Shown one piece after another: positions 34,280 through 43,517 of a stretch of DNA of 64,000 nt (its first letter is position 1; every line of letters starts with the position of its first letter). Below the pieces are notes generated by a model. It searched no databases. It worked only from the letters and a program-made list of their open reading frames with translations, and was not told the origin of the DNA. Source of the DNA: a virus (Duplodnaviria > Heunggongvirae > Uroviricota > Caudoviricetes); the IMG/VR virus record IMGVR_UViG_2698536687_000001, one strand, 5' to 3'. The position numbers were made by a program, and so were the translations under genes.

Positions 34280-35181
34280 TGCTTAGCCTCTCCACCAAGG
34301 GCATTTACCAGAGCATCAACCAGGCACGAAATTTCACTGGTCAACAGGAAGAAATCTGCGTCCAGTCGCTGCGCTACATCTTCACTATCAATATCAGAGT
34401 TCTGATCAAGCAATTCATCCGCAAATTTGACGCTGGTAAGGCTGAAGTTATGGTCCAGTGTAAATTTAATGCGGTTCTGCCAGTCGAGTGCCAACTTAGT
34501 GACGAGCTTGCCAGCTTCCAGGTGTGTGGAAATTTCATCGCTTCCCAAATCCTGCTTTTTCACTCGGGCAATACCGCCATCCTCAAGCACTGCCTTAAGT
34601 TCTGCCGCATCCCCCATTTGAAATCCCTGTGGAGCACTACCATCACGTACCCAGTCGGTCAGCGTTAATTCAATGGGATTTTCAACACCCAGGGGAACAA
34701 CAGGAAGAGAACCCAGAGACTTACGCATAAGCGCGAGCATATCCTCTGCCTGCCGCGCGCTGGCATTGATATAGATACGTTTAGTTGAACCGTCGTAGAT
34801 CGCCTGGATAACAGAAAACTTTGAAAAAGCCCGTGGCAGAAGAGAATGCAGAACTTCGTCTTTCAGGGAGTCCTTCTCTGTTTTCTTCAGTTTACGCGCT
34901 TGTTCTTGCTCAAGTTTTTCAATTTTTTCTTGAATAGCTCGCTGGATAACCGGCGGGGGAAGAATTTTTGTTTCGCGCTTTGCTTCAACAAGGATAAAAC
35001 CATTTCCATGCATAGCGATAACTTCGGAATTATCACCAAATGGAGATACAAAACCGAACTTGGCCATATCCTGACTACCGCATGGCGTGAAAAGGATCAT
35101 TTTCTTTTTATCTTCTAAGTCGGTCAGATCCGCCTCACGAGAAAGTTTATAAATAGTAATGTTTTTCCAGTGCTTAAACAT
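34276..35181 (-). CDS. hrdC: RdgC-like recombination-associated protein, 301 aa
   Basis: From internal ATG 35179-35181: [16 protein letters not shown]...[14 protein letters not shown]..., closely resembling E. coli RdgC as recalled; the ORF-track N-terminal extension is upstream read-through. Confidence 0.75.
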
Positions 35182-35458
35182 GTTGTAACCCTTGAATATC
35201 AACCACAGAAAGCTCGTCTTTGTAGAAAAAGGCCAGGTTGTGGCACCCCCTCGTTTGAGCGTATGAGCTGGGACCAATTTCGTTCTTCCAGACAAATGGC
35301 TTCAAATCCGTACGGCGAAGCATAAAAACGCGATTTGTTCCGCTCTGATTCCCAATGAGGCAAAAGCCTTCTTTCACCTTGATAGCCTGCAAGTTGTCGA
35401 GTTCACCGCTGGTTACACGGCTATCGAACTCTTTGCGGCTTATTAGCTCCATCTGCAT
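35174..35458 (-). CDS. Hypothetical protein upstream of rdgC homolog (start uncertain)
   Basis: ORF 35174-35530 begins inside the operator; internal Met at 35458 chosen. Confidence 0.35.
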   Translation of the reverse strand: MQMELISRKEFDSRVTSGELDNLQAIKVKEGFCLIGNQSGTNRVFMLRRTDLKPFVWKNEIGPSSYAQTRGCHNLAFFYKDELSVVDIQGLQHV

Positions 35459-35529
35459 CTGACGACTCCAAACAAATGCCCATTGAAGGGCGATGGCTGA
35501 ATGGTACCGAAAATACGACATAAAAAACA

Positions 35530-35546
35530 ATATTTATTAGAGCAAT
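35530..35546 (-). promoter_or_regulatory. C1 operator-like site, 1 mismatch
   Basis: ATATTTATTAGAGCAAT. Confidence 0.65.
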
Positions 35547-35627
35547 TTTGCAATAGTTGAACTCCATGTAGACCACAAACAACCTGAGTTAAAATAACGA
35601 AAATCAGAGCAAATAATTGGTGATGAC

Positions 35628-35912
35628 GTGGCAAGTATTGCAACAAAAGACAGCATTTGTTCGGGGCACGAAGGATTCCCATCCAGGCCTCCTGTAGAGA
35701 GTGAACCACTACTTAAAGTCAACGGCGTCGAAGTGTTAGTTGATGGTAAGCAATATGCACAGCATACCGATGGAAACAGTACGCACGGTGGGCAAGCTAT
35801 ATCAACCAGGGCATGGTTTACCGTCAATGGTAAAGGGATCGTATGCGTTGGTGACCCTGTTTCATGCGGATCTACCGTAGCGTCCGGAGACGGCCTGGTT
35901 CAGGTAAGTTAG
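35628..35912 (+). CDS. Hypothetical small Gly/Cys/His-rich protein, 94 aa (possibly PAAR-like)
   Basis: CSGHEG ... THGG ... GKGIVCVGDPVSCGS pattern reminiscent of PAAR repeats; weak. Confidence 0.3.
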   Translation: MASIATKDSICSGHEGFPSRPPVESEPLLKVNGVEVLVDGKQYAQHTDGNSTHGGQAISTRAWFTVNGKGIVCVGDPVSCGSTVASGDGLVQVS

Positions 35913-35920
35913 GAGATATC

Positions 35921-36709
35921 ATGCTGGAAAAAGACTACCAGTTATCCGCATATAAAAAATTGGCCGCCGCCGGTGGGATGAAAACACCTGGTGCCATAAC
36001 ATCGGCACGAAACAGTGCTAACACAGCAAAACTGCTTGCAGAAGAATTGACCGGATTAATTCTGGATACAATTGTCTATCCCGACACTATTACCAGCTAT
36101 GTTTCAACGATCAGAACAACCACAACCGGCTTAACGAACATTGGAGAACTGGCAACTAAGCACGCGGACCTGTTGGCTGGTTATGCAGATCTGTCAATGC
36201 TGCTTCAACTCGATATTGGTTGGGATGTTTACTGCCGTGCTAATGAGCGAGAAGTATCAGAACTGCCGATCTCTATTGCCATTGGTGATGTGACTATTAC
36301 TAAATCGCTTGAGGACGCTGTAAACGCGCTTAATACATCAAGTTTAGTCGCTGCTATGGGGGAGATTAACCAGACCCTTAACACTGGCTCAGGAAGCTCG
36401 TCAGGCTCTGGTTCAGGCGGCGGCACTGCCACTCCCCCACCAGCACTAACAGAAGAGCAAATTGAATCTCTGAAAGTAGCAACTGAACAGTTTGGGGTTG
36501 TTTTCAACCAGACAACAGCGCCCACAACTGCGTTACAACAGCAGTATGAACGAGCGAATGAAAGCGCCAATGTAGCCATAACTGCTTATAACCATGCTAT
36601 CGGTACTGCGCTTGCGGAAGCATCAGCAAATAAGGCCAGCACAGCCAGCGCAGTTGCTGCTTTGGTTCCTGATTCTGTTCTTGATGAATTAAACAAAGCG
36701 GCACAGTAA
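35921..36709 (+). CDS. Hypothetical protein, 262 aa, with Gly/Ser-rich linker
   Basis: ATG at 35921 preceded by AGGAGA RBS; GSGSSSGSGSGGG linker; ORF-track upstream extension lacks RBS. Confidence 0.45.
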   Translation: MLEKDYQLSAYKKLAAAGGMKTPGAITSARNSANTAKLLAEELTGLILDTIVYPDTITSYVSTIRTTTTGLTNIGELATKHADLLAGYADLSMLLQLDIGWDVYCRANEREVSELPISIAIGDVTITKSLEDAVNALNTSSLVAAMGEINQTLNTGSGSSSGSGSGGGTATPPPALTEEQIESLKVATEQFGVVFNQTTAPTTALQQQYERANESANVAITAYNHAIGTALAEASANKASTASAVAALVPDSVLDELNKAAQ

Positions 36710-36748
36710 CAAAGGACTTCATTGATAATTTTTCTTCAGGAGGAAGAC

Positions 36749-37171
36749 ATGTCATTCTTTTCTACGTTAAAAACAGCTTTGTCTTTGAAGGAGAAACTTG
36801 CTGCTACTGGTGTTCTTGTTCTGATTTGCGCACTTGTTGGTGCTGGGTTTGCATGGGAACGTCATCAGCTAAAGCAAGCCATGGAGAAAATTGGCAGTCT
36901 TGATCAGGCTGTTAAGGAACGTGATAAGTCAATAATGGATCTTAACCAGACCATTGAGACGATGAACAAAGCAGAGCAACATTTTCACAGCCAGGAAGTG
37001 AAAAATGAATCAGAACAAGCCAAATATGCTGACAGGCAAATGGAACGAAAAGCTGAAGTTCAGAAACAACTGGTTGCGGCGGGTAATGTTCGCCAGCGCA
37101 TTCCTGCTGACACTCAGCGGTTGCTCCGGGAGTCGATCAGCGAATTTAACGCCGACGCCGACAAAGGTTAA
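36749..37171 (+). CDS. Membrane-anchored coiled-coil protein, 140 aa (i-spanin-like)
   Basis: RBS AGGAGG; N-terminal TM segment LAATGVLVLICALVGAGFAW then coiled-coil region; 3-prime end overlapped in another frame by a lipoprotein ORF. Confidence 0.4.
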   Translation: MSFFSTLKTALSLKEKLAATGVLVLICALVGAGFAWERHQLKQAMEKIGSLDQAVKERDKSIMDLNQTIETMNKAEQHFHSQEVKNESEQAKYADRQMERKAEVQKQLVAAGNVRQRIPADTQRLLRESISEFNADADKG

Positions 37172-37337
37172 CCACCCTGCCCCCAAAAGTGCATTTATGT
37201 GCAGAATGCCAGAGTTTAGCAGTGAATATTTTGATGATCTGCCAGCGTATATCCTCGATACAGAAACGATGCTGATGGGGATTAACAGGAAGAATCGCAA
37301 CGTTAATGATTACAACCGCGCTATCAGCGGTAACTAA
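37086..37337 (+). CDS. Small lipoprotein, 83 aa (o-spanin-like), overlapping the preceding gene in another frame
   Basis: MFASAFLLTLSGC lipobox; Pro-rich mature region NLTPTPTKVNHPAPK; second Cys. Confidence 0.4.
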   Translation: MFASAFLLTLSGCSGSRSANLTPTPTKVNHPAPKSAFMCRMPEFSSEYFDDLPAYILDTETMLMGINRKNRNVNDYNRAISGN

Positions 37338-37348
37338 AAGGGATTTTT

Positions 37349-37741
37349 ATGTCTGATAAAGTAACAGTAAAGCAAACTATCAACAAAGCGACGTCAATCT
37401 ACAAAATTGAGCAAATCACTGTTGGCAAGCCAGGATCTGAACAATACCGTCATGCTTTCGAGCTTGCCGATCAGCTTGGTTTAAAACACCCGGATTGCAT
37501 TGAGCATGTATTTCCGACCTATGCTGATGAGCAATGTACTCATGTTCTTACCGAAGAGGATTTTTTCAGCACTGAAGAACGAGAAGGCGTTGATCGCTGC
37601 ATTGGTGTGATTTGCTCTTCAGTGAGTTATGAGTTATTCCCTAATGTCCATGAAAATGGTGGTATTGGATACCAATTCCTGTACGAAGGCGATGAGCTTA
37701 AATGTTATGAACATGGTCTTCTTATCGAAAGCGTAGAATAA
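37349..37741 (+). CDS. Hypothetical protein, 130 aa
   Basis: ORF immediately upstream of plasmid origin. Confidence 0.45.
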   Translation: MSDKVTVKQTINKATSIYKIEQITVGKPGSEQYRHAFELADQLGLKHPDCIEHVFPTYADEQCTHVLTEEDFFSTEEREGVDRCIGVICSSVSYELFPNVHENGGIGYQFLYEGDELKCYEHGLLIESVE

Positions 37742-37781
37742 TACCCTTACTTCCAACCGGCTATGTTGGCCGGTTTTTCAC

Positions 37782-37859
37782 TTATCCACATTATCCACTG
37801 GGTAGATCCAATAATTAGGTCCATACAGATCCCAATTAGATCCATATAGATCCCTGATC
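37782..37859. promoter_or_regulatory. oriR: Plasmid origin elements: tandem DnaA boxes and five GATC heptamers
   Basis: TTATCCACA at 37782-37790 and TTATCCACT at 37791-37799; GATC at 37805, 37828, 37839, 37849, 37856 in AGATCCA-type heptamers; further DnaA-like boxes at 38013-38040. Confidence 0.8.
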
Positions 37860-37898
37860 GTTGCAGGCCGCGCCACGTCTGGCTTAGAAGTGTATCGC

Positions 37899-38003
37899 GA
37901 TGTGTGCTGGAGGGAAAACGATGTGTGCTGGAGGGATAAAAATGTGTGCTGACGGGTTGCTAATGTGTGCTGGCGGGATATAGGATGTGTGCTGACGGGA
38001 AAG
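37899..38003 (+). repeat. Five 19-bp iterons upstream of repA (incC-type)
   Basis: GATGTGTGCTGGAGGGAAA-like repeats beginning 37899, 37921, 37942, 37963, 37985. Confidence 0.85.
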
Positions 38004-38058
38004 CCTGGGTAGTTATCACCACTTATAAAAACTATCCACATAATTCGGAAAAAGTAAT

Positions 38059-38919
38059 ATGAATCAATCATTTATCTCCGATATTCTTTACGCAGACATT
38101 GAAAGTAAGGCAAAAGAACTAACAGTTAATTCAAACAACACTGTGCAGCCTGTAGCGTTGATGCGCTTGGGGGTATTCGTTCCGAAGCCATCAAAGAGCA
38201 AAGGAGAAAGTAAAGAGATTGATGCCACCAAAGCGTTTTCCCAGCTGGAGATAGCTAAAGCCGAGGGTTACGATGATATTAAAATCACCGGTCCTCGACT
38301 CGATATGGATACTGATTTCAAAACGTGGATCGGTGTCATCTACGCGTTCAGCAAATACGGCTTGTCTTCAAACACCATCCAGTTATCGTTTCAGGAGTTC
38401 GCTAAAGCCTGTGGTTTCCCCTCAAAACGTCTGGATGCGAAACTGCGTTTAACCATTCATGAATCACTTGGACGCTTGCGTAACAAGGGTATCGCTTTTA
38501 AGCGCGGAAAAGATGCTAAAGGCGGCTATCAGACTGGTCTGCTGAAGGTCGGGCGTTTTGATGCTGACCTTGATCTGATAGAGCTGGAGGCCGATTCGAA
38601 GCTCTGGGAGCTGTTCCAGCTTGATTATCGCGTTCTGTTGCAACACCACGCCTTGCGTGCCCTTCCGAAGAAAGAAGCTGCACAAGCCATTTACACTTTC
38701 ATCGAAAGCCTTCCGCAGAACCCGTTGCCGCTATCGTTCGCGCGAATCCGTGAGCGCCTGGCTTTGCAGTCAGCTGTTGGCGAGCAAAACCGTATCATTA
38801 AGAAAGCGATAGAACAGCTTAAAACAATTGGCTATCTCGACTGTTCAATTGAGAAGAAAGGCCGGGAAAGTTTTGTAATCGTCCATTCTCGCAATCCAAA
38901 GCTGAAACTTCCCGAATAA
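38059..38919 (+). CDS. repA: Plasmid replication initiator RepA, 286 aa
   Basis: 286-aa ORF flanked by iteron arrays; N-terminus MNQSFISDILYADIESKAKELTVNSNN... recognised from memory as P1 RepA. Confidence 0.88.
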   Translation: MNQSFISDILYADIESKAKELTVNSNNTVQPVALMRLGVFVPKPSKSKGESKEIDATKAFSQLEIAKAEGYDDIKITGPRLDMDTDFKTWIGVIYAFSKYGLSSNTIQLSFQEFAKACGFPSKRLDAKLRLTIHESLGRLRNKGIAFKRGKDAKGGYQTGLLKVGRFDADLDLIELEADSKLWELFQLDYRVLLQHHALRALPKKEAAQAIYTFIESLPQNPLPLSFARIRERLALQSAVGEQNRIIKKAIEQLKTIGYLDCSIEKKGRESFVIVHSRNPKLKLPE

Positions 38920-39203
38920 GTGTGTGCTGGAGGGCAGCTGCATTTGAAAAATGTGCGCTGCCGGGAATGCCTGCCCATTTTCCTGTTTTTGGTGTGCGCT
39001 GGAGGGTTGCGCCACGCAGTTTGCCCAGACATTCCCTCCAGCACACATCTAACCATCCAAGTTTCCCTCCAGCGCACATCTAATCTTCTATCTTTCCCTT
39101 CAGCGCACATATTTGATACCAGCGATCCCTCCACAACACATAATTCAATGCGACTTCCCTCTATCGCACATTCTGGTCCTGCATCATCCCTCCAGCACAC
39201 ATC
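38919..39203. repeat. Nine iterons downstream of repA (incA-type copy-control locus), 3 direct + 6 inverted
   Basis: GTGTGTGCTGGAGGG-like repeats at 38921, 38951, 38990 then inverted CCCTCCAGCACACAT-like copies through 39203. Confidence 0.85.
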
Positions 39204-39312
39204 TAATAGCCTCATCGCCATTTCTTTACGTGCAATAATTTACGCACGAATCAAAATAAGTTGCACGTAGCAGAATCAAACGTACAATTCACTCATACGA
39301 AATGATAAGGAG

Positions 39313-40524
39313 ATGATGATGAAACGCGATTACGGCGGTGTCGGCACCATAGCTCTTCGTGCAAGCGCATTACTTAAGGCCATGAGTCAGGATATTGAAG
39401 ATCAGCGCAAAGAGTTCAATCAGACCGAGTATTATCAGACGTTCACTCGTAACGCTGTGGCAAAGTTGCCGAAGCTGAGCCGCCGCATTGTGGAGCAGGC
39501 CATCAAAGAGATGGAAGATGATGGGTACCAGTTCAACAAGAAACAGGTCGGTAACGTTGAACAGTACGCGCTGACCATCCAGAACGTCATTGATATCTAT
39601 GCCCACCGTAAGATCCCAAAATATCGCGACATTCACAAATCGCCTTACGTTATTTTTGTCGTAAACCTGAAGGGTGGCGTATCCAAAACGGTTTCCACAG
39701 TCACGTTGGCGCACGCTCTGCGTGTGCATCAGGATTTACTGCGTCACGATCTGCGCATTCTGGTAATTGACCTTGACCCTCAGGCATCCAGCACAATGTT
39801 CCTCGACCATACTCACAGTATTGGTTCCATCCTGGAAACTGCCGCGCAGGCGATGCTGAACGACCTGGACGCGGAGACGCTACGCAAAGAGGTGATTCGT
39901 CCGACCATCGTTCCTGGCGTAGACGTGATTCCAGCCTCTATCGACGATGGCTTTGTTGCCAGCCAATGGAAAGAGCTGGTTGAAGAGCATCTTCCCGGAC
40001 AAAATCAGTACGAAATCCTTCGACGCAATATCATTGATCGTGTTGCGGATGATTATGACTTTATCTTTATTGATACCGGTCCACACCTGGATCCGTTCCT
40101 GCTCAACGGTCTGGCGGCCAGCGATTTGCTGCTTACCCCTACCCCACCAGCCCAGGTTGACTTCCACTCAACACTGAAATATCTCACCCGTCTGCCAGAA
40201 ATGCTGGAGCAACTGGAGGAGGAAGGCGTAGAACCGCGTTTAAGCGCCAGCATTGGTTTTATGTCGAAGATGACCGGCAAGCGCGATCACGAGACATCAC
40301 ACAGCCTTGCGCGTGAGGTTTACGCCAGCAACATTCTGGACTCTTCTCTGCCTCGTCTGGATGGATTTGAGCGATGCGGCGAGTCTTTCGACACCGTAAT
40401 CAGTGCCAACCCGCAATCGTATCCAGGCAGTGCAGAGGCGCTGAAGAAGGCACGAACCGAGGCCGAGCGTTTCACTAAGGCTGTGTTTGATCGAATTGAG
40501 TTTGTTAGGGGTGAGGCGGCATGA
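39313..40524 (+). CDS. parA: Partition ATPase ParA (type Ia), 403 aa
   Basis: Deviant Walker A NLKGGVSKT; N-terminal extension typical of type Ia ParA; stop overlaps parB start. Confidence 0.88.
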   Translation: MMMKRDYGGVGTIALRASALLKAMSQDIEDQRKEFNQTEYYQTFTRNAVAKLPKLSRRIVEQAIKEMEDDGYQFNKKQVGNVEQYALTIQNVIDIYAHRKIPKYRDIHKSPYVIFVVNLKGGVSKTVSTVTLAHALRVHQDLLRHDLRILVIDLDPQASSTMFLDHTHSIGSILETAAQAMLNDLDAETLRKEVIRPTIVPGVDVIPASIDDGFVASQWKELVEEHLPGQNQYEILRRNIIDRVADDYDFIFIDTGPHLDPFLLNGLAASDLLLTPTPPAQVDFHSTLKYLTRLPEMLEQLEEEGVEPRLSASIGFMSKMTGKRDHETSHSLAREVYASNILDSSLPRLDGFERCGESFDTVISANPQSYPGSAEALKKARTEAERFTKAVFDRIEFVRGEAA

Positions 40525-41486
40525 AAAAAATAGTTTCCCGTGGACGAGTGCTGGGCAAGAATAGCTCCGAGTTTGCTCGCATGCTTGAAGGCAGTGAAGG
40601 CACCAAAACCTTTACCCTAAAATCTGGCCGCCAGGCTAAATTTTTGCTTACCGTTGTGCTGAGTGGTGAGATTGAGTCGCGCACGTTCGTTGACCCGGCA
40701 GTTAACGGCCGCGATCAGTCTCTGCTCACCCCTAAGTCGGTAAGCGATATTTCCCGCACCATTAAATTGCAACAGTTCTTCCCGGCTATCGGTCGTATGG
40801 TTGGGGAGCGCATTGAGGTATTGGACGGATCACGTCGCCGCGCTGCGTGTATCTTCAATGAAACGAAATTTGAGATTCTGGTGACGAAAGATGAGATCAG
40901 CCTGGCGGATGCACGCCAGCTGGCCATTGATATCCAGACAGCCCGCGAACACACCCTGCGCGAACTGGGTAAACGCTTCGAGGTTATGTATGGTAAGAGC
41001 ATGACCAAAGAAGAGATCGCCCGCGCTGAGAACATTTCAAAGGCTAAAGTTACGCGCGCGTTCCAGGCGGCAGCGGTGCCGGATGAGATGATTGCTGTCT
41101 TCCCTGTTGCCAGCGATCTCGCCCTGCCAGATTACCAGTTACTGCTCCAGATCTCCGAGGATGCCAACGCTAAAAGCGTGCCTATTGAAGAGCTGGTTGA
41201 TACGGTGCGCGAACGAATTGCAGAGACTGAGGGCGCGAAAGAGGATAAAGCGAAGATACTGGCTATCTTCAAAGCGGAAAGCAAAAGCCTGAAGCCCGCG
41301 CCGGTTAAATCTGTGGTGGTTGAGAAGCTGCGAGACTTCTCTGACCGTCGCCAATATGCTCGAAAGAAGTCCGATCCGAAAAAACGGGTTGTCGCCTACG
41401 AGTTCTCCAGACTCCCGTCTGAAGTGCAAACTGAAATTGACGAAGCAATAAAAAAAATCATTGGGAAAATGTCTGCTGGGGAATAA
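40521..41486 (+). CDS. parB: Partition protein ParB, 321 aa
   Basis: ORF translationally coupled to parA (ATGA overlap); followed by AT-rich centromere-like region. Confidence 0.8.
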   Translation: MKKIVSRGRVLGKNSSEFARMLEGSEGTKTFTLKSGRQAKFLLTVVLSGEIESRTFVDPAVNGRDQSLLTPKSVSDISRTIKLQQFFPAIGRMVGERIEVLDGSRRRAACIFNETKFEILVTKDEISLADARQLAIDIQTAREHTLRELGKRFEVMYGKSMTKEEIARAENISKAKVTRAFQAAAVPDEMIAVFPVASDLALPDYQLLLQISEDANAKSVPIEELVDTVRERIAETEGAKEDKAKILAIFKAESKSLKPAPVKSVVVEKLRDFSDRRQYARKKSDPKKRVVAYEFSRLPSEVQTEIDEAIKKIIGKMSAGE

Positions 41487-41720
41487 TCCCGCTGGTGGGA
41501 GGTGGTGTTAGCCCCTCCCCTTCCTAAAATGTCCCGCACCAATTTCATTACTAACCTTATGATTTGCATGTGTTTTTTAGGAGAATTTCAGACTGAAATT
41601 CCCACGATTTAACGCCTGCATTCACCGTCCACTTCCCCGCACAAAAAATTTAAAAAATTACTTTTCGCGAGAAAGTCAACAAGTGACTTTCAATAAAATC
41701 TCTTCCGAAAAGGGATTCAC
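41487..41720. other. parS: Candidate parS centromere region
   Basis: AT-rich non-coding region after parB with ATTTCA-type heptamer-like motifs (41531-41541, 41583-41614); differs from recalled P1 parS box sequences. Confidence 0.4.
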
Positions 41721-41750
41721 ACAAGTGCCTTGTGTTTAAGGAAGAGTAAA

Positions 41751-43457
41751 TTGAGTAACTTACGCGAATACCAGAATCGTATTGCAGATATCGCAAAACG
41801 CTCTAAAGCTGTGCTTGGCTGGGCAAGCACTGCGCAGTTCGGTACTGATAACCAATTCATTAAAGATGATGCCGCGCGTGCCGCATCTATCCTTGAAGCT
41901 GCACGTAAAGACCCGGTTTTTGCGGGTATCTCTGATAATGCCACCGCTCAAATCGCTACAGCGTGGGCAAGTGCACTGGCTGACTACGCCGCAGCACATA
42001 AATCTATGCCGCGTCCGGAAATTCTGGCCTCCTGCCACCAGACGCTGGAAAACTGCCTGATTGAGTCCACCCGCAATAGCATGGATGCCACTAATAAAGC
42101 GATGCTGGAATCCGTCGCAGCAGAGATGATGAGCGTTTCTGACGGTGTTATGCGTCTGCCTTTATTCCTCGCGATGATCCTGCCTGTTCAGTTGGGGGCA
42201 GCTACCGCTGATGCGTGTACCTTCATTCCGGTTACGCGTGACCAGTCCGACATCTATGAAGTCTTTAACGTGGCAGGCTCATCTTTTGGTTCTTATGCTG
42301 CTGGTGATGTTCTGGACATGCAATCCGTCGGTGTGTACAGCCAGTTACGTCGCCGCTATGTGCTGGTGGCAAGCTCCGATGGCACCAGCAAAACCGCAAC
42401 CTTCAAGATGGAAGACTTCGAAGGCCAGAATGTACCAATCCGAAAAGGTCGCACTAACATCTACGTTAACCGTATTAAGTCTGTTGTTGATAACGGTTCC
42501 GGCAGCCTACTTCACTCGTTTACTAATGCTGCTGGTGAGCAAATCACTGTTACCTGCTCTCTGAACTACAACATTGGTCAGATTGCCCTGTCGTTCTCCA
42601 AAGCGCCGGATAAAGGCACTGAGATCGCAATTGAGACGGAAATCAATATTGAAGCCGCTCCTGAGCTGATCCCGCTGATCAACCACGAAATGAAGAAATA
42701 CACCCTGTTCCCAAGTCAGTTCGTTATCGCGGCTGAGCACACGGTACAGGCGGCGTATGAAGCACAGCGTGAATTTGGTCTGGACCTGGGTTCCCTACAG
42801 TTCCGCACCCTGAAGGAATACCTGTCTCATGAACAGGATATGCTGCGTCTTCGCATCATGATCTGGCGCACTCTTGCGACCGACACCTTTGACATCGCTC
42901 TGCCGGTTAACCAGTCCTTTGATGTATGGGCAACCATCATTCGTGGCAAATTCCAGACTGTATATCGCGACATTATTGAGCGCGTTAAATCTTCTGGTGC
43001 GATGGGGATGTTTGCTGGTGCTGATGCAGCATCTTTCTTCAAACAGTTGCCGAAGGATTTCTTCCAGCCAGCAGAAGACTATATCCAGACTCCGTATGTT
43101 CACTACATCGGTACCCTGTTCGGTAACGTGAAAGTGTACGAAGTACCTGCTGGTATTTGTAAGAACTTAACGACAGAGAACATTCAGTTCAGCTCGATGG
43201 ATGTGCTGTGCTACGTCCGTGATGAAAATCCGGGTAAAGCAGGCTTCGTGACTGGTGATGCTGTCCCGGCTATCCCGTTCCAGCATCCGACCACTCCGGC
43301 GCTGGTCAACCGTACCACACTGTGGGGTTCGGCTATCAACGATATGCACCCACGCAACGGCGCTGATTACTTCACTCGTGTAACGCTGACAATGGCCAAA
43401 AAAGGCGGGCTTAACTTTATAAGCGGCGACACGATTGATGCCGGTGACTCTGAGTAA
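41751..43457 (+). CDS. Putative major capsid protein, about 568 aa, TTG start assumed
   Basis: RBS AAGGAAG at 41738-41744 with TTG at 41751 (MSNLREYQ...); first large gene of the structural operon after par. Confidence 0.45.
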   Translation: MSNLREYQNRIADIAKRSKAVLGWASTAQFGTDNQFIKDDAARAASILEAARKDPVFAGISDNATAQIATAWASALADYAAAHKSMPRPEILASCHQTLENCLIESTRNSMDATNKAMLESVAAEMMSVSDGVMRLPLFLAMILPVQLGAATADACTFIPVTRDQSDIYEVFNVAGSSFGSYAAGDVLDMQSVGVYSQLRRRYVLVASSDGTSKTATFKMEDFEGQNVPIRKGRTNIYVNRIKSVVDNGSGSLLHSFTNAAGEQITVTCSLNYNIGQIALSFSKAPDKGTEIAIETEINIEAAPELIPLINHEMKKYTLFPSQFVIAAEHTVQAAYEAQREFGLDLGSLQFRTLKEYLSHEQDMLRLRIMIWRTLATDTFDIALPVNQSFDVWATIIRGKFQTVYRDIIERVKSSGAMGMFAGADAASFFKQLPKDFFQPAEDYIQTPYVHYIGTLFGNVKVYEVPAGICKNLTTENIQFSSMDVLCYVRDENPGKAGFVTGDAVPAIPFQHPTTPALVNRTTLWGSAINDMHPRNGADYFTRVTLTMAKKGGLNFISGDTIDAGDSE

Positions 43458-43517
43458 TCAGGGGAAGTTCTCCGTTTAACATAGCGCCCCCGTGCGGGGC
43501 GCATAACAGGGAAAGTT

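Noticed and set aside
37899-39203. Arrays of short direct and inverted repeats that could be mistaken for a CRISPR array
   Set aside because: They are 19-bp iterons flanking repA with no regular unique spacers, matching the incC/incA layout of a P1-type replicon; no cas genes are present.
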